A DNA stretch of 64,000 nucleotides from Alloascoidea hylecoeti (GCA_001600815.1 BCKZ01000004.1:1-64000); one strand, 5' to 3'; numbered from the stretch's first letter, positions 36,991-50,654 are shown. Program-made: numbers and translations. Notes: a model not told the origin generated them from the sequence alone.

Positions 36991-38116
36991 TTTTTAAATT
37001 TAAAAGGCTGAAGGTAAATATATGAATTAATGAATTCAATTGAAGTTAAAAGTAAATTAACACCTCAAAAATAAGAGCAAAACTAGTAGGTTTTATATAG
37101 AAATATGTGTGCATCAATTTGTTCTTGAAATTATATATTCTTATTACTAATGAAATCTGCAAGGTGGATTGTAATCGATAACTATACAATATAATAATAC
37201 CAATTTACAATTGAAATAGCAATTGATTACTAATTAATTTACTTCTAATTTGAAAAACTTTATATTTATAAATTAGTATGAACATGGTTGATAAAATTCG
37301 TAATGTAATGATGTGGATTCATATCTACACGTACTTCAATAGATTATTAATACGTTTTTACTATAACAGTTCAATCAAGTAGAATCGAGCAGAGGATACA
37401 GAGCCATCACTTTACATTCAAGTGAACAGTAATTTATATTCGTATTAGAAGCAGAATTATATAAAATAAAACTCAAAGCAACTGTAGCTTATACAATGTG
37501 ACATTCTTATTTGTTGAAATACAAACATTTATTCCACTTAATTGCGGCCACGTGGTACGCTAATATTCGCCCATATCTTAAACCACATATTCGGCTGTGT
37601 GGACTACACAATACCAGTCACTTGTTACAATAATGTTAGGCGACCCATATATTGTAAGTTTCTATCTTCACATTAATGATGTATAAATAAAAATCTAAAA
37701 CACAAAAATCTAAACTAATCGATTATAATTTTTAATAGGTGTAGATCTATATTAAACCGCCTGCCGGAACCAGTTATGCCAAAAAGCAGAACAACTCCTG
37801 ATTGACTGCGCAAGCCTAAGAGTGCTATAATCTAACACCCCCTATCTTTTAAGGCAGGTCAACTTTCCTTAATCCTTATTCGCCAAATCCCTTCACTCTC
37901 AAATATCACAAGCACCTTGTTAATATATAGAAGGTTTATGTTGTTCTGGGAAGAAAGTGACTACTCGTAATTAAAACACTCGAATAGAAGTATAGGTGGT
38001 GGATAAATCGATTTCGCGTATCCCGATAAGACTACAAGTTTTCAAGAAATAATTCCAGCAAGGAATTTTGTAAAAATTGTTTGTTATAATACTTCTTTTT
38101 CTTTTTCTTTTTCTTT

Positions 38117-38217
38117 ATATCTTGCAGAAGGCACCATTCCCCGTCCAATCAACAGTAGTTAAGCTGAGTCGAGTAATGTAGTAAGAGACCATACGTGAAA
38201 CTGTGTTGCTGTAATCT
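38117..38217 (+). rRNA. Degenerate 5S rRNA pseudogene (5' truncated, internal deletion)
   Basis: ATATCTTGCAGAAGGCACCATTCCCCGTCCAATCAACAGTAGTTAAGCTG..CGAGTAATGTAG..GACCATACGTGAAACT..TGCTGTAATCT followed by a T-run terminator. Confidence 0.85.
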
Positions 38218-38402
38218 TTTTGATTTTTATGAAGTTTTGGAATAAGATTTCAAATAACCTGATGTGGTATAACAAAAACAAAGAGAGTAAGATTTTAAAA
38301 CCTACTTTTTTTTTTATTTATTTATGATTCAATGGTTAATTACAATGCTAAAACCTCTGTTACTGCCAACAACAAAAGCCTATAAAATGATCAATTCTAT
38401 AA

Positions 38403-38588
38403 AGAAAGGTTGCAGCTTGTGTCACTGGAATAGTATTAAAAATGGGTTTATATAAACTTATTTGTCGTATATTTGGTTTTGGTATGATATTGACTATTGC
38501 TTTAATTCCATTAGCAGCCCTGCCTGAATTAAAATTGACTAAAGTTGGGTTATTGTTTGTTGCTGCATATGCATTTAGTTGGGCTTGA
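38403..38588 (+). pseudogene. Possible membrane transporter remnant
   Basis: Stop-bounded hydrophobic frame AACVTGIVLKMGLYKLICRIFGFGMILTIALIPL..VGLLFVAAYAFSWA, resembling 14-TM MFS helices. Confidence 0.25.
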
Positions 38589-39748
38589 CATGTTTTTTTA
38601 CCAAGTAGGTTACAGTTGTGCCCAATGGGGATCATTTGGGCTTTGAGACCTTCATTGGGAGTCATTCGATAAGAGCAGTAGATTTATTTATTCGTTTAGA
38701 AAATTAAAGCATTATGATAATATTTCTTATAACTCTACCTCTATTTTTAAAATCGCCTTTCTTTTCTTGTCCATCGGTGACAATTTAGTGTTGTAAGAGC
38801 TCTTCTTATATTGGATTGATAATTGACTCTTTTTGGAATAGCCTTTAATTTTTACCATTACATTAATTAAAGATTCATATTGTTAACGAAGCTGTTGATA
38901 ATAATAATAATATTATTATTGTATTTCATTTATATTTATATTTATAACTGTGGCTAGTGTTAAATATACTTTTATAAACTCTCTATTAATAATTATAATC
39001 TGTTAATAGATAACTATTTGCCCCAGTTCATCAGCAATTACAATACAATTTATAATCATATTTAAATTTAAACATAAATATCTTATGTAATTGAGCCAAT
39101 ATGAACATGAATATGAATATGAATATGAATATGATCATGAAAATGAAAATGAAAATGAAAGCAAATTTGAATATAAAGCGTTAACATTAATAGTAAATCA
39201 ATAAATAAAAAACATTTTTAAGATAAAACAAATGATATAAATAATAAGAATCAAATAATATTCAAAATCATATATAATAAATATATAACATGTACAATAA
39301 TAAATAAATAAATGTGATAAAACTTTTCAAAAATAAGACGTAAAACAAAAACTTTTATATGTAACGAGTTTGCAATTGCAATTGCAAGTTAATCCAAATT
39401 TAAATGTTTAATTCCATAACCAATTTAACAACTCCTTTTTTCTTAATGAAGATCCAATTCTAAATATAATATAGAATATAAATTTTTAAATCTAATAAGA
39501 TTCTTTAAAATCAGATTAAAAGAAAAAAAAGAAAAAAAAAAAAAAAACATTCTGTCATTATTTTTCATCAAAAAATTTCCCCCATTTTAATAATTTCTTT
39601 TGATGATTTATAAGTGTAATGAATATCATAGACCCCACTAAAATCAACTTCACTATTAACAACTTTGTCATTTATCTGGTATTAATTGTTAACCATGATA
39701 AAATAGAAATAGCTAAAGACTTTTCTTCTAATGATTATATGTATAAGT

Positions 39749-41147
39749 TTAATCGATATTAATTTCCATATTACTATCCTCATCTTCAATCTTGACAACT
39801 GTATCCTGGTAAAGAATAATATCATTTTCATTTCTAACCTCATTGTCATTTATATTATTATTTGTGTTGTTACTGTTATAATTATTATCATTATTATTTT
39901 GACTTAATTCTTTATAAGTTAAAATATAATTATCTAAAGTATTTTTTAAATCAATTACAGTATCATCTTTAAAATCAATTAAATTACCAGAATCAATTAA
40001 TTCAATTAAATTTGAAATTAAATTAATTTTTCGTTTTAATAATGAAAAAAGATAATCATCTTCATCTTGTAATTGTGTTTCTGATTGTGATTGAGATTGA
40101 TTTATTGATAAAGGAATTAAATTATTATTTGTTAGTGTTGGTGGCGTTGGTGGACCAATTGGATTTAATAATAAATTATTTATAAATGGTTCAGAGGTTG
40201 GGATTGAAGGAGGAGTTGGAGTTGGAGTTGGTACTGGGGTTGAAAATGGTAATATGGGTATATTTGAAGGTGTATTCGCATTATTATTACTGTTATTATT
40301 ATTAGTTGTAGTTGGTATCGTTTGTTTATTTATTGCATTTGATGAATGAAAATTTAAATTTGAAGGAGATGAAAATGAAGGTTGTTGATAATTATTTGAT
40401 GAAGAAGGAGAAGATGATATTGATAAATTTCTTGAATTTCTAATATTTTGTAAAACTGGATTTGGACTTGATAATGATATCGAAAGTCTTTGTTGTGAAT
40501 TTGATATAAAATTTGATGCTGAATTAGAATTAGAAATTGATGTTGAAGTTGAAGTTGATGATGAAGATGCAGGAGATGGAACTAAAGTTAAAGGACTTTG
40601 AACTGTTGTATTTGAATTTGAAATAGATGTTGAATTTTGAGGACTTGGAATTGACCTTGTATTATAAAATTTAGGTAAGATTTGCTGTGGTGAGATAGCA
40701 TCATCATTTGATGATAAAATTGACCTTATATCAGGTAAATGAACATTGTTATAAGATTTATAATTTCCAACAACATGTTGCAAATCCATTGCATTAATGT
40801 CATCATTTTCTTTGTCATTTTCATCTATATTTTTATTTTTATTTAAATTTAAATGTGTTGATGATAATGTTGATGATATTGATAATGATTTTGATTTTTT
40901 TCTTTGTTGTTGTAATTCATCATCATTAATTATATTTATTGTATTTCTTCTTGATTTTGATATTGAAATTGAATTTCTTTTTAAATTTTTTTTTTGTTGT
41001 TTATTAAAATTTAAATTTAAACCAGGTTCAAATTCTTCAGTTGTTGAAGCATCAATCAATTCATTATAATTAAAATAAAATTTTCTTTTTCTTTCTTCTT
41101 CTAATGTTAATAAATCATTAACATTAATATATTCTTTATCATTATTT

Positions 41148-41220
<73 letters not shown>

Positions 41221-42490
41221 TAGTGTTAGTTGAAGATTTTGTAAATTTTTTTAAAATTGTTTCTAATCTTTCAGTATTGTTACATAAATCATTTCTAATT
41301 AATTGATTATTTTCAACATTTTGAATTGGTAAATCAGATATTATACCAGAATAACTCCAAGATTTAATAATTTTTGCTCTTGATAATTCATTCCAAGATT
41401 TTTTAATCCATTCCATTGCTTGATATAAAGAAATATTAAAATCATAGTTACCATTTACTTGTTGATGTTGTTGTTGTGAATTTTTCTTTTCTAAAATTGA
41501 ACCATAATGAGTAATTCTATATAAACATTTAAAATCATCTAATAAACCCCAACTCATTGGTAAAAAGCCAGAAGTTGAACTTGTATAAAACATTGTAATA
41601 TTGGTTAATTTAACATTTATACAACGATGAGAGCTTGTATCATCAACAATTAAAACAATTTTTCTATTTGATATTGACATTTTTTTATCTAAAGTGACTA
41701 ACCAATCATAAAACATCGTTGAAGTTAAACAAGCAGATTTATTATTTTTATAAATTATACCTAATTTATTTGAAATTCTTTGAGAAGATTTATTTTCAAA
41801 ACAAATATAATTTTCATATCTTCCAACTATTAATGGATCGAATTTTTCAGAACCATCAGCATTTGCACCCAATAATATAGTAATTTTTTTATTTTTTAAA
41901 TTTTTATCATTTTCATTATTTTCAAATAAAGGGAAAGAATAAGTTAGTATAACTTCATCAACAGTGAAAATATCCTTAAGTTTAAAATTTAAAGATTTTA
42001 AAGAATTTTTCAATTCATCTCTTTCAGGGAAATCGAATATTTTATCAGGTTTTTTAATTTGTTTATCTAAATCATGAATTTTAAAATCATGACGATTTAA
42101 GAAATTATTACACCATCTATGGGTGAAAATGCCATTGCCGTCTTTATCTAGGTTATTTAACTTTAACCAAATTGCATTTGCAGCGTTTATGATAATTTGG
42201 GTTGAAATGGGGACACTATCCCAAGCAGATTGAGACATCCATTCCAATAATATTTTGTGGAGCAAAGGATTTTTAACGGGTCTTCTTCTTTTTGAAATTA
42301 ACTCGTGAGACTTTGCCGTTATTAGATCATCTTTCGAGGAGAGAATTCTTGAGATTGTAGTTTGGGAAGGAGGGTTTGGCATTTGGTATTTCTCCTTTAC
42401 CCAGTTGGCCAGATCCAACTGGGTCATTTTGGGGTTAGCCTCAGCTTTAAGACAGATTTCTATTTTCTCTTTTATGGTGTAGGAGGACAT
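39749..42490 (-). CDS. PDC2: Pdc2/Rag3-like transcription factor (CENP-B HTH + DDE_1-derived domain)
   Basis: YTIKEKIEICLKAEANPKMTQLDLANW..PSQTTISRIL, IFTVDE, NADGSEKFDPLIVG, IVLIVDDTSSH. Likely start MSSY at 42490. Confidence 0.85.
41151..41216. repeat. (TTA)22 microsatellite encoding poly-Asn in PDC2
   Basis: Perfect trinucleotide run. Confidence 0.95.
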
Positions 42491-42652
42491 AAAATGAGAA
42501 AAGATGTGATGTGGAGAAGAACAGAAGTGGAGAGAGAGTAAAAACAGAAGGAGTTTGGAGGTACCGATATAATAATGATGGTAAATCTGTGTGGGTGTGA
42601 CCCTAACCCACAAGACAACTGTTGAGCTGTAGGGCCCCGGAGAACCCTCGTT

Positions 42653-42684
42653 CCCCCCGCGGGACCCCCCGCGGGACCCCCCGC
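42653..42684. repeat. GC-rich 12-nt tandem repeat upstream of PDC2
   Basis: (CCCCCCGCGGGA)2 CCCCCCGC. Confidence 0.85.
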
Positions 42685-43488
42685 AGCCCTTGAAAGGGTC
42701 CCCGTGGGAAATGTGGGTGCGTGGATTTGTCAGCATTTCCCTTACATTTAAGCAGAAACTCACGTGTTTTATTCAAATCCACCACATTATTCTGTTGCGG
42801 CTATAGAAGGAGGCGGCGTTCAGCCGTTCTTTGAAAATCTTATTACAAATTAGACTGAGAAGTTAAAACTGAAAACTTCTGTGGTTTGGAAGTACAACGG
42901 AATGCTCTCAATTCAGATGTAAGATGCTTTTTTTCCGTCCTAATCTAGGAAACTGTCACCAAACGGTGCTGGGGTATGAAATCTCCGGCGAAAATACAGC
43001 AGGTCAGAAATTAGTGAAGCGGGGTGGTAGTCAGTGTTCGTATGTCTAGTCGATCATTGGGCCAAGTATTTAGTGTAAAATGTGACCAATGATTATCCTT
43101 CATCATGACCGAACATTATTCCCTTGGACTGTATATAACGGCCTATTATTTAGTATCTAAAATGGTCGGTCATTTAGTGGAACAAAACTTATGCGAGTTT
43201 AAAAATAGCGCCAGTTGCATATGCATGTGAGTGAAAAGGATTTTTACAATAACTTCTGCAATCTAACAATATTGATATAAAACCGAAATGTCTCAAACCT
43301 TCAAAATGTTAGAATATTACTGTCTAAGTCAATATTAACTAATCCATGTTTATTTTCTGATTAGAATATTGCGTTTCAATGTTAATTGTATACAATTTTT
43401 ATATAAATTCCTAAGTTTGCCCTACTTCTAGATCAATTGAACTTGAAATCAAGACCTTGTTGCTCCAGATCAATATACATATTCAATA

Positions 43489-45093
43489 ATGAGTCCTAAT
43501 TTGATAGCAGGACAACACATAAGACATGCTAGTCATGTTGAATGGTTTTACAATGTTGCGACTTGTCGAAATATATTTGGTTGTGTCACACAAAGTTGTC
43601 GTTATTCAAATCCAGTGTCTAAAGAGCGATTGATTTATGCTTTGAGATGCGTTATCATCGAACAGCCTTGGCTTTTGGCTAATATGTTCTATAAATCACC
43701 TGAAGTTAGTTGCAAAGAGGTTAGTTGGAGATTAATTGAAGAGCTTGATATTAACAATATTGTGGAATATCGTTATACTAAAGAATCTCCTGATGATGAT
43801 CCCAAATCGCCTCTTAATTCAAAAGATGTTTCTACTATAGTAAACAGAGGTATGTCTGATAATGACAATAGAATGGATGCTGTTCAATGGAAAATAATTG
43901 TCTATAATGATGTTGAGATATGTCTTGTTTTTGATCATGGTCTCATTGATGGAATCACTGCTTATTTATTCCATGAGCTATTGTTGAAATACATAAGACA
44001 ACAGGAATCTTTAAATATTGATTATTCTTTAGAAAAAACAACTGTTGGAATTAAAGATTTACCTGCTGATGGTGATGCTACGTTGTTGTTACCACCAGAT
44101 CCAGATTCTCTTATAAAATACTGGCCATCTACATTGTTTCTAATTACTACACTTGTTTCCCAATATTTACCTCGTTTCTTCTGGCCTAGTTCTTGCAGAA
44201 GTCTTTGGGCTGCTCCAGGTGCTCTGCCCAAAGCATCTGAATATAAAGTAATTCCAAAGAAACCGGATGTCCCTCCAGTTCACTCAGAAATCATAAATCT
44301 AACAGTGGAAGAAACTAAAAATATTATTAAAGCCTGTAAGAAGCACAATGTTACAATTACTGCATTTTTAACTACATTAACAACTGAATGTGTCTCACAT
44401 TATTTAAACTTAAATCCAACGAACACAACTCCAACTCCAATAAGATTTAATATACTTGCTAATACCAGGAAATGTATTTCTCCTTCAAATCCTAAATTGA
44501 ATGGAATCATACCAAGCCGTGTATGGGGGTTTCATGCAACAGCAGTTAGTGGTACATATCGTGATGATAATAATTCAACAACTCTTGGTGAAAAAATCAT
44601 AGCTTTTAGTTCTGAACTTCATGAAATGGTTAAACCCAAATATCTTTTAACAAAATCTTTCAATTCTTTAATTGAAGCTGTACCAAAAGTTTTTAATTTT
44701 TTTACAGGTTGGTTTACAGATCCAAGTATAAATCCAATATTTTGGTCTAATTTAGGTTATAAAAAATTTGAATATGATTCTAATTCAAAATATAATATTG
44801 AAAGAATGTCATTGGTTACAGGAGTTCCAGGAATTGGTTTATTGGTTGATGCTGTAACAACAAATTATAAAGATTCTCCAATTATGACATTATCTTTAAC
44901 AGCTTCATGTATGCTTTTAAGAGGTGCTAAAACTAAATTAGAAAAAAAAGATATTTCTGATTTAGCTAAAGAGATAAGGGAACTTTTAAAATCTCCTGAT
45001 AAAATTATGGATTTTAATAATGATGATTCTTTTGAGATCGGTGATATTGATTCTAAAAAAGTTTCTGCCGAGGAACAAAGCTCTAATATTTAA
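43489..45093 (+). CDS. Alcohol O-acetyltransferase / Sli1-like CoA-dependent acyltransferase
   Basis: HGLIDG (HxxxDG), IIKACKKHNVTITAFL, WSNLG. Confidence 0.8.
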   Translation: MSPNLIAGQHIRHASHVEWFYNVATCRNIFGCVTQSCRYSNPVSKERLIYALRCVIIEQPWLLANMFYKSPEVSCKEVSWRLIEELDINNIVEYRYTKESPDDDPKSPLNSKDVSTIVNRGMSDNDNRMDAVQWKIIVYNDVEICLVFDHGLIDGITAYLFHELLLKYIRQQESLNIDYSLEKTTVGIKDLPADGDATLLLPPDPDSLIKYWPSTLFLITTLVSQYLPRFFWPSSCRSLWAAPGALPKASEYKVIPKKPDVPPVHSEIINLTVEETKNIIKACKKHNVTITAFLTTLTTECVSHYLNLNPTNTTPTPIRFNILANTRKCISPSNPKLNGIIPSRVWGFHATAVSGTYRDDNNSTTLGEKIIAFSSELHEMVKPKYLLTKSFNSLIEAVPKVFNFFTGWFTDPSINPIFWSNLGYKKFEYDSNSKYNIERMSLVTGVPGIGLLVDAVTTNYKDSPIMTLSLTASCMLLRGAKTKLEKKDISDLAKEIRELLKSPDKIMDFNNDDSFEIGDIDSKKVSAEEQSSNI

Positions 45094-47994
45094 ATTTTTA
45101 ACAATATTCAAATAAATAACCATTTAATCATAATATTATATAATTATATTGAGATATTTAATGCATGCTGAAGGTTAAGGTAGCCGATGTTTTAATTAAC
45201 GTTATTACCTATTTTAATTAGCCTGGCGCTTAACGTAATGTGTCTCCAATTAATATACAGCGAATTCACCAAATAGATCATCTCCTCAGGACGGACTCGG
45301 GAGGATCCTTCATTCATCTTATGCGTGCCCGGAGGTACGATAAACGGTTTCTAAAGAATGTTAAGTTATACAACATAAAGAAGTCACTAAGGAGATGAAA
45401 GGACGAACCTTTACATAACCAAGAAATCTCATAATTAGAGTTCTTATTATCACTCAGGAAACTCCGTGAAAATGGTAGATACAGTCAGTATTAGTTTCTC
45501 TAGATCTATATACATGTATAATTTGATTGCATGCTATGCTCTATTCTAAAATTAATATACAATGTTTCACTGTAATATCCTTGGAGTGGGATTTTCAATA
45601 TTACCATTGGAAGCTTCACTCTTCGTCCCTTTAACTCCTTTGCCTCTCTATATGCACATTGCACACTCTGCATACGGAAAGAATAATCACATTTTCAGTA
45701 AATTATTTTCGTTCATACCAACTTTTTATTTAATTCATCAATACACAATGCTTTCTAGAAACCGGGGTATTGTACTATTGGTATTTCATACACTGCTCAT
45801 GCATCATGATCAATAGTAATATTGGTGGTATAGATAGCAAAAATTTAAAGTTCTTTTTTCTATTGCCGAAGTTAAGTTATATTTAATCATTGCATTATAA
45901 TTTAAATTTACAGAGTGTGGTAACATTAACTGCTTAATTAAATTTCCTAATATTAGTATACCCATCAAATATTATTAAGGTTGATCAAAATCGTTACAAT
46001 TGCAATTTCTGATATGAAGCATTCTATCAAAATCGAAAATTAACGCTCAAGAATAATCGGCATGCATATGACCGCCAAAGGTCATATTAATTACTTTTTC
46101 ACAACGCAGTTGCATTATAAATATAAAACTTATTAAAATGAACCTTCAGACATAATATTAATGATATCGCGATATGATAATAATATATATTGGTTTACCG
46201 AGCGTGAGCCTTAATTATACCTTTCTCCTGAACATTAATATTTAATCTGGTTATGTCATAAATAACTTATAATTACTAGAATGAAAATTTAAAGCTCATG
46301 ATCAGTCAAATAAAGCCCTTAATTGATAAATAGCATGTGTGAAATATATGTGGCGCATCACGAGGCCAAATATTTAGTGCAAAATGTGCCAATAATTATT
46401 CATCAACTTGTTGGAAGTTAACGTTTGGATTGCGTCATCCAACGTCTAAATTAAAATCAAATGTGGAGTAAATATTAGGCCGCTTTTTAATTTGGATAAG
46501 TGGAATGGTAGGAATTTATACATAGGCGCTCCATCTAAACAGCTATACTGCCATGGATGTTTATACATAAAGGCATACCACAAACCAATGATAGTGATAA
46601 CTAACTACTAGTACGGCTTGATGATTATTACTATATGTAAAAATCTTTAACAATAACAGCTCTCCCGTTTGTACCGCTTAAAGCTCGATTTAAGTATCTT
46701 CCTTTATTTTTATATCTGCTTTATTGAAATTTCTAAGATTTCAAGGTTTTAGTTTAGAGCAAAGTAGATTTGCATCTTAATTTGATTCTTTTTATAAAAG
46801 CTACAAGCACACTTATTATGACCTTATATTCAACTTTAAAATGGTTAAAAGTAGTGGGAGATTATTTTGTTACAATTGGTTCTTTTATCATGAAAATTAA
46901 CACCTGCTTGTTGGGCATGGTTTACAAAAGCTATCACAGTGGATAATGAAATTTTTATTGTATTAAGAATGTTTACTTCATAAGAGAAGTGAATCTGATG
47001 GTTTCTTAACATCCACTTTTCAAATTTGAAAGATATGGTTTAGATACAGAGTTGATCCCACAGGCAAGTAATTTAAATTTACGGCTGTGGCTGGAATTAA
47101 CTAATAATTTAATATAGATGTATACCTTGTTGCTTTATCAGTCAAAATAGGTTTGAAAATTGTGAATCCCATGTTCGTTGGAGATTCTATAAAGATCTAG
47201 AATCTAGATATTGTATGGTAACTTAACATGTTATACTTCATCTTACTCGTATACGCGATTATTTTTAGAAATAATAATTTTATTAAATTAGAGATTATCA
47301 TCTTAATTTGTTAACAATGTTTAGATGTAAAAATCTTATCCACTAGCTATTTATATTGGGAGTTTTGAATAATACAGTTAGATCATCAAAACTTATTTTT
47401 TATTAAGAAGTATCCTGTTTGCATCAAAATTATTAGGACCTAAATTATTTTCACATCCCCACATCAAACGGGTTTTGATAAAGCTATGTTTCCGTTTAGC
47501 TTGTGGTTTAAGTAAGTAATTATTAATATTATCAATTGGGTTCAATTAACTAATATGAAGGCTTTCTAAATTTTAGTTCCACTTATTCTTTCCTTTTATA
47601 GGTACCGGTTCTATAATTGAAGTCTATTTATGTCGTTCTGAACTTGCCATTTTCTATCCCTATCGATACCTAATTATTACCTATAATAAGCCGAGTTACC
47701 AATATAATAATGCGCTATGCGTAGATAAATGGCAACTCTAGCAAATACTAATTATTTTACTTACAGATATAAATCTTTCTTTTTCATGTATCATGGGTAT
47801 TGCAGCTCTTCTTTAATACCCTGTTATTTAGATATAAATAGCTTATGTACTAAAACTAAATAGGCAATTACAACAGATTATATTCAATTTTATAATTATA
47901 TATAAAAAGACCATATACCTGATATATATCGCAATCGATACAGGAGCTTAAAAATTACAATTCAACTTTACAAAAAACAGAAAGGTAATTGAAA

Positions 47995-49035
47995 ATGAAT
48001 GATTTGTCTTCAGAATTGATCTTAAAAATTGCTAAACACTTGATCATAGTAAACCCGGAAGATTACAAACGTGATTTCATCAATTTTAGTATGGCTAATC
48101 AATATCTCAGGTCAGTCTTAGAATATGAGGTATTTTACAAAATTGTATTAAATCATGAGTTTAGCTTGAAAAAACTTTTGGAGTTTGAGGATGGTGCTTT
48201 CCTAAAAAGAATTGGCCAATTTATAAAAAGATTGACCTATTACGTTCCCGCGTATTTTGGCATATATGATTTTAAACTATTTCCAAAGTTATTTGATTCA
48301 AATTATAATTGTTCAAATATCAAATATCTCAACATAACGGCATATAGTATTTTACGGGGTGAATCCATCTCATTTTCTGACTTGCAGGATTCTATTTCCC
48401 TTAAAAAATTTAAAAATTTTCAATCGGTAACAAATGTTTATTTATGCTCCATCGCTGGTGTCGGAACAAAAAATAAGTCCAATCTTAAAGGAACACCAAC
48501 ATTGTTTTCTAAAAAGACATGCTTCAATACTCATAGTAGAAATGATCAGATACCAGAAATTTTGCTAAACCTATTTCCAAATATAAAAAGGTTGACTCTA
48601 AGAGGCTTTAAGTTTAATAGTTTCCTTCACTTTTCTAACAAATTTCAAAAGTTAGTAATTTACGATTGTGATATTGATCTTGATACCATTAATAGTTTGG
48701 AAACGAACAAAACAACAATATTACTGGTGATTAGCTATACTAGATATAGGCATCAATGCGCCCAAAATTTAATATTGAACTTACAAGAGCTTTTATCACA
48801 GTTTGAATCAATCCAGCACTTGGTATTACAAATTCCGAAATCTACCCCTGAAAAAACTTTAGATGGAGCTCTAGAGCGTTTGAGGATTGTAGATCTACCG
48901 CTTTTAGGAGATCAATTAAAGAAGATTACTCTATTCGGTTTTGATGTGTTGAAAAAAAAAGGAAATAATCCTTTTTCGGTATACAGAGATATGACTTATT
49001 TTTATAGTCGATCAGAAAATTGTTACCTGCTATAG
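47995..49035 (+). CDS. F-box-like protein with leucine-rich-repeat-like C-terminus
   Basis: MNDLSSELILKIAKHL...FINFSMANQYLRSV; FPNIKRLTL and LQxLxL-type repeats. Confidence 0.65.
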   Translation: MNDLSSELILKIAKHLIIVNPEDYKRDFINFSMANQYLRSVLEYEVFYKIVLNHEFSLKKLLEFEDGAFLKRIGQFIKRLTYYVPAYFGIYDFKLFPKLFDSNYNCSNIKYLNITAYSILRGESISFSDLQDSISLKKFKNFQSVTNVYLCSIAGVGTKNKSNLKGTPTLFSKKTCFNTHSRNDQIPEILLNLFPNIKRLTLRGFKFNSFLHFSNKFQKLVIYDCDIDLDTINSLETNKTTILLVISYTRYRHQCAQNLILNLQELLSQFESIQHLVLQIPKSTPEKTLDGALERLRIVDLPLLGDQLKKITLFGFDVLKKKGNNPFSVYRDMTYFYSRSENCYLL

Positions 49036-49398
49036 CCTTTATATGTTGATATATTTGAACAAACATATAACAATAATTACAACCCATCATTAAGTATATA
49101 TAAACTTTAAATTCCCTATAAATATGATGCTATACCCGTACTGTGTAATCGGGTCTATTTATTAATTACTGGTAACTCGGTAATATTTTAAACTTGACGA
49201 GCATAGAAGGATACCCGGCACATTTGTCAGCTCGGCCACGCGTGATATAGTAAATTTTCATTTTGGCAGTTTTCATTCTGGCAATTTCACAGTAGTTTTA
49301 TATGGATATGCATGCCTCATCTTAAATATCGCTATATATTCTAATTTTGTTTTAGAGAGAGATACAATTCAGAAATATTTATTATATATAGCTGTTAT

Positions 49399-50428
49399 TT
49401 ATCTATAAGTTGGAATACCTACACTGTCTTCACCCAATAAAGCGAAGTTCAGTTTATTATCAACGATTAAAGTTTTATATTTATTACCTGGATTCTTAAA
49501 TTTAATTGATTTCAATTTATCAGTTTCAATGTCGTATAGTATGAGAGATTTAAACAATATTTTTTTACTAAGTTCGAAGGGACCTTCAAGGTGATGTTGA
49601 ACATTTATTGCTATATTATTATTGTTCCAGAAATATGACTCAACTGTGATTTCCTTTATTTCATAATCAGGATACTTCATATTTATTAGAGGTTGAAGGG
49701 TATCGATTTTAGGAGTTTCCAGTATGACTTTCCAATTGCAATCTCCACAATTGTCATTGTCATATATATCGTCTTCAATATTGTTATCATTATTGATCAT
49801 ATTCAAAAAATTTATTAATGAAATGCATAATAACTGAAAGTTATCAACACAACACGTATAATCATCATCCATAATTTTCCAATTATAATTAATTTGAAAT
49901 AAATTTGAACCCATCATGATAATCTGAGGATAAAAGAGACGTGTATTTTCTATGGACAATAACTCCACAACTCCAACAGTTTGACGAGTAACAATCATAA
50001 AATTCGTCTTTGGATAAACCCGGGAAAATCGCTTTAAGACTCATATCCTCTAATATATCAATATACATGTAATTCCGAACAGTTAAATTTTTCCACAAGG
50101 TGAATTTCGCATTTTTGTTTTCGATTCTTTCAACGGTAGTAGGTACTTCAAATGTAGTAGGATCAAATAAATTTAGGATCTTAACATCCCTATTGTTTAA
50201 ATTATTGACCATCATTTTGTGCTTGTGTTTCAATGATTTGATGCACTTTCTTTGATTTCCCTTGGTGAAGAAATCCAATATAATAGCAGCATATTGTTTA
50301 TTACTATAGTTCCATTTATAGTAGGTAAAAAACAGTGTACATATCTTGAAGAAGCCAAATGCATCTAGTGGAGTGAGGTTCGCGGCGATAAGAATAATGA
50401 TATCTTCAGGAAGATCTATGGCTTTCAT
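49399..50428 (-). pseudogene. F-box family paralogue of 33481-35494, with frameshift and large internal deletion
   Basis: Intact MKAIDLPEDIIILIAANL F-box. Frameshift at ~49985. ELLSIENT is joined directly to YPQIIMMGSNLFQ, so about 310 codons present in the paralogue are missing. Confidence 0.8.
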
Positions 50429-50654
50429 GGTGAGCTGTCTGAGGAATCACACGCCATTCATATATTAATAAATAGGTATACACAAGTATGTTGAGATTGC
50501 TTTACGAACGGAAAGTATATCCAGACGCAACTTAACTCAATTTTACGTAGTTCTAACGGATATCGATAGCAACGGATGGGCTGCATCTTTAGATAGATAT
50601 GTAAAATTGCTCGCTAGCTGTCTCACCTTCTTTAGGATTGTAGATTCCTCTGTG

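Noticed and set aside
42491..42763. 91-aa N-terminal extension of the PDC2 ORF
   Set aside because: Non-ATG start running through the promoter repeat; homology starts at MSSY.
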